From Blasia pusilla (lineage: Eukaryota), in assembly GCA_050084515.1 (NCBI GenBank), contig CM114271.1, positions 12,958,001 through 13,022,000 on the forward strand: a stretch of DNA of 64,000 bases. Direction: 5' to 3'. The notes below the pieces were generated by a model, which was not told the origin of the DNA, made no database searches, and saw only the letters and a list, made by a program, of their open reading frames with translations. The translations under genes were made by a program, and so were the position numbers. Shown here one piece after another: positions 59,641 through 64,000 of this stretch (position 1 is its first letter; each line of letters starts with the position of its first letter).

Positions 59641-62600
59641 CACTTGGAATTTTTTTACATTTGGATTAAAAAAAACTCTCCAATGGATAACTTGCCTGTC
59701 CGAACCGTAGAAGTTGTTTCCAATAAACACTTCACTTGGAGATGGAATTTTTGTCATCGCAGATATATGTATGCGGAGCAGGTACACGTATACCGCCGTA
59801 ACCTGGACTTCACACTTCGGGAAAAGTCTATGATTTCCCTCGACGAATCCCAGGTGAGGTCATTGTCACCCCCGATTCCCCGCCTCCACATCGAATTGCG
59901 ACCGTCCAAAAGCATCGTATCCGTTTCCTACACATTTCTTAAATCTGTCCGAACATAGAGTCTTCAAAATGTGTCTTTGTGTCACCAATCGTGTACGAGC
60001 ATATATCTCAACGGATTCAATTTCACGCGATGGGAGATAAGCTAAAATCATATGCTTTGTTGATTTTCAATCAACAAAGCGTATACCGATCACCTTCCCA
60101 ACGTGACCAAACCAGCCGGTCTTTGGCTGTGTCCCCATCATCATGGAAACTGCAAAATCCTCGCCTTCCTGGGAATTGAAAGAGGTCTCAGGAGTGCCAG
60201 GGAGAAATTCTCGACCTTTCATACGTCACTCGGTGAACTCTTCTACCGGGTTTGAAAGAGCTCACTGTGTGTGTGTGAACACATGGACTTTATGTATGCA
60301 GCTAACGTACCCGTTATTCGTTGCTTGTGCATGTATAGGATCATTTGGAAATCAAAAAATCTCTGACTGTCATACTGTGCCATTTCAAAATGACCTCTAA
60401 GCAGAATACTGAAATACACAACTCAAGGTCATGATTCGTCAAGAGCAGCACATGGTCATGCATTTGCACAAACGTCGAACTTGAGCGCAATTTGTCGAGG
60501 GAAACTAAGCGCATCAATGCTACCGACGAGAACCGTACAAAACGTGGTGATGAGGGACACGGCCCGTTATTACCTATTCAAGAACAGATAGGGCAATGCA
60601 TTTTTCATTCCTTTATTATTCCCGAATTTTGTAATCGATAAACCTACATTTTTCTGAGCAGCCCGGCGGGACGCGAGCGGATCAGTTGATGCCTTTCCTC
60701 ACGCTTAAGAATTTGAATGAAAATACCATTTTAACTTACATCGAGGAAACAGATTTCCCCGGGACGTAGGTTTCGAGATAACTCTTTGTTTCCAAGGAAA
60801 GGTAGTACAACGTTTCGTTGTACCACCTTAGCATTGGCAAAAAAGGAGCAAAAAGTTCCCTGTCACGGTAAGCGACGATTTATTCAAAATTATGATTCGG
60901 CCCGTCCCGCAGATCTTATCTAGTACAGCATACGATGTATGTGTGGGATTTCCAAGGTTAGATGCGGGTGGACTTTTAGCAGTCGCCCCTGTGAAAAGGG
61001 CAACCAGTCTTGAAATGAAAAGATGCACCCGGACTTGAGGTTCACATGTGGAACCCATCAATTCACGTATAATTCAAATCATACTTAGCGTCGAAATTGT
61101 TTCTGTGTTCCATTCAACCGACCGGTGGCCTTCATTGCCAAGTGACAAAAAGGCTAGCTCGGGGCCACCATAAGGATTTGCACTCTCTAGCTCGAGGCCT
61201 CCTGCAGTGCCTGGAATTGGCGATCCTAAAGTGCCAGACAGCTTCAAGACACACGAGAACTTAGCTCTGTAGCGACAATTCCTGAATCGCGAAACGTGAA
61301 ACTCTCATGGGCATGGATTCTGATGTGCCGTCCAAAGGCATACGTAACTCGCAAGGGGCGCACCATGAGGAACTTTCTTGGTCGAGCAAGGGATCGTGGC
61401 GGCGGGAATAACTCCCGGCGTACCGGCCGCTGCCGCAACTGTTCACGATCATTCGCTAGATCGCTATATTATTAGGTCTTTCAGGGGGGGGTCCGGAGCT
61501 CCGGGGCGGGCAAGCTAAGCTAGGAGGGGGAGGGGAGATGTGATTTTTGACCAACGAGCTCGGCCTACACAGCAAGTTAAAGGCCAAGTCCTGATTCCTC
61601 GATCGGTAGAGCAGGCGGGGATCCGGCCGGGATGTGAGCATGTCGTGAGGTTTGCAAGATTTTGCGCCGTGATGGATGTAGGAACCGATCATCCATGTCC
61701 TCTGCTAATTTACGACTGGTACGTGGATGTCGAAGAATGCTCTTCTGATCCCTCGCTGCATTCGTGATTCCGTCCATGTGACAAAGAACGTGTTGACTCG
61801 ATAAATATGTACGTCTCTACAGATCTGCAGGGACTTTCGACGGTCGCAATGTCCGGAAGTTATACTGAACAGAAATGCTTTTTCCTCCATCAGGTTCTTT
61901 TCTTCCGCTTCGAAATTCTACACAATTATAGACAGACCATACCATTTCCGTCCTGCATTTTCCCGACTTTCAAACCTGTCCTGTTAGCTCTCAAAATTTG
62001 ATCATTCTCTTCTTCCCCACCCTTCCTAGCTTCCATCTTCTCCGGTTTTCTTTTCGAATGATGGTTGTAATTATGCCCTGGCCTTAGTCATAGAGACGCT
62101 AGTGGTGCTGCAGGAGAAACTACGCAAGTGAAATGGTGCTATTCGTAGTAGTAGCAGTTACCAAGAATTATTCCAGTACGCATTTCGGTCGACCGTAGGT
62201 CAGACGCGGGACGGAGGAAAACGGAACGTTGATTAACTTGAGGATCCGGATGTCGACGTGATGCACGCGGCGGCACGTACTTATTTTGGCAGAAAGCTCT
62301 CCAGCACCCACGGGCGAGCGTGCACACGCGCGCTCGGCTTTGGGCAATTTGGCCCAAAGCCCCTGCGACGGGTGAAGCCGTGGAACCAAACGTGGTCGGC
62401 CGTTTACCACTTTCTACAGCCCAAAACAGAAGAGGAGACCGCGCAGGCCGTGGAGAGCTTCGCACGCAAGCAATCCCACGACAGTTCGCAGGTTTTGGAT
62501 CACGCAACCGTTAAACGCTTTGAACATTGCAGTCTGAGATGGACCAATTAGTTTGGATCCCAAGGTACGGTATAGTGTAATTGTGTTGCGAGGATGAGCG

Positions 62601-64000
62601 AGGGAACCGTATAAGTTTCTGCGGATGCGAGACTCCAAATATTTTCCCCGTCCGTAAAAATAGACCTGGAAAACGAACTGGCCGGGCACTGCTTGGCAAT
62701 ACTTAGATTGCGGCACATGGCCAGTTGGACAACTTGCAATAGGACTCGAATGGCATGATCGGAATTATCATATTCTTATTCCCGATTTCGATCTTTCCCG
62801 ATGACATATAGCCTTCCCGAAACCTTTAAATGGAGTTTAAACAACTCATGCAATGTATGAGTGAATAGTGCATACGCACATTTCAAGGGCACAGGTACTT
62901 TCAGGAAAATAAACAAATTTACTTCATCTATGAAGAAAGAACTCAGCTCTCCAAGTTTCACGAATCAAATATGGAGGTTTTTGAAACAAGAACCCATACT
63001 CTTTTAATAGTATAGATCCGTAACGATCCGCACGTGGATCCGGATCGCTACACATTACACTGTTAGTGTGCGCATGCGCCCTTCCATGACCATGAGGCCA
63101 TATGCGGTTCGTGGCCCAGCCTCGCAGGTCTCGTAGCCCGCAAAAATTATAAATATGATGGCTTACATTCCCAAACTCGAGTGTGGCCGTCATTTCCGAA
63201 TAGGGCCATTTGTACATCACATCCTCTCTATTCGTGATGACGTCAGGCACCTTCAACTAAGATAGCCCGTTGGGCCGAAGGAGGCTCCGGGGAGTTTTTT
63301 CTCGTGAGAACCGGTGCTTTACCGGTCTGTACAAAAGAGAACCGTAAGGAATTTCTTAATTCGGTCTGCTATTTAGATACAAATACAAAGGAGAGTCTGT
63401 GGTTTTTGAGTCCGTAATTTTAAAAAATTCTTCCAGCTAGCTCAACCCCGGTTCTCCCCGACATCGGGCCGCACTCTATTTGATTCTTTTGTCATTATAG
63501 GAGCATATACCCAATTTCGGGTAGTTTTTCGTTTTTTTTGAAAATTTGAAAATTGTTTCTCTTTCATGGCAAACATGGTGAACATAATAATTATTTTGCA
63601 TTTAAGTTTCACTTATTTATTTTTGTATGTTATATAGAGCCAACATGAGCTTTTTAATACCTGGATTTTGAGGTTCTTAAGATACTTTTTCGAGTTTGGT
63701 TGAATTTTTCATCATCCTTTGCCCCATCCATGTTTCTATGTCCACGTAGAGATCTAGAGAAGCACTCACTCGAAGTCCCTACCTCTCCTATTCATTCCGT
63801 CACGAAGGAGAGTGGTATTATGCCTCCTCTCTTGAAGTCTCTTCCAATAATTTTTTTAAGAGACTTCAAGAGAAGGAAGTCTCTACCCTCTCTTTACCTC
63901 TACTCTTAAATCTAAAGGAATGTAGTTTGTTTTTCCCTATCCTTTCTATGTTTGCATTTTTTTACTCCCCTTTAGAGTTGTTATTACCTTTCTTTGTCTT

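Overview
Eukaryotic, plant-type window (degenerate CCCTAAA repeats, Copia/Gypsy/CACTA/hAT/Helitron/LINE remnants; a non-seed plant host is only an inference). It is made almost entirely of nested, decayed transposable elements, and no intact host gene could be identified. Left part: internally deleted Helitron, a Copia gag fragment, a full-length but disrupted non-LTR retrotransposon next to an older copy of itself, then a Copia<CACTA<hAT<MITE nest. The main structure is one ~29.9-kb insertion (28969-58841) that splits a Copia RNase H exactly at IHE|DN and has short TIRs and a perfect TSD. It contains (i) a decayed Sola-like DDD transposase, (ii) a spliced cargo gene with two FCP1/NIF-like pseudo-phosphatase domains fused to a herpes-tegument-like (VTD) cysteine protease domain, (iii) three tandem arrays built from one 14-bp palindrome, and (iv) subterminal telomere-like repeats. 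A ~9.2-kb Ty3/Gypsy element inserted into those repeats encodes a DNMT3-like cytosine methyltransferase between protease and RT, plus a C-terminal PHD finger. All domain calls are by-eye motif recognition, not database searches. Regions ~5.0-10.2 kb and ~59.7-64 kb could not be assigned.
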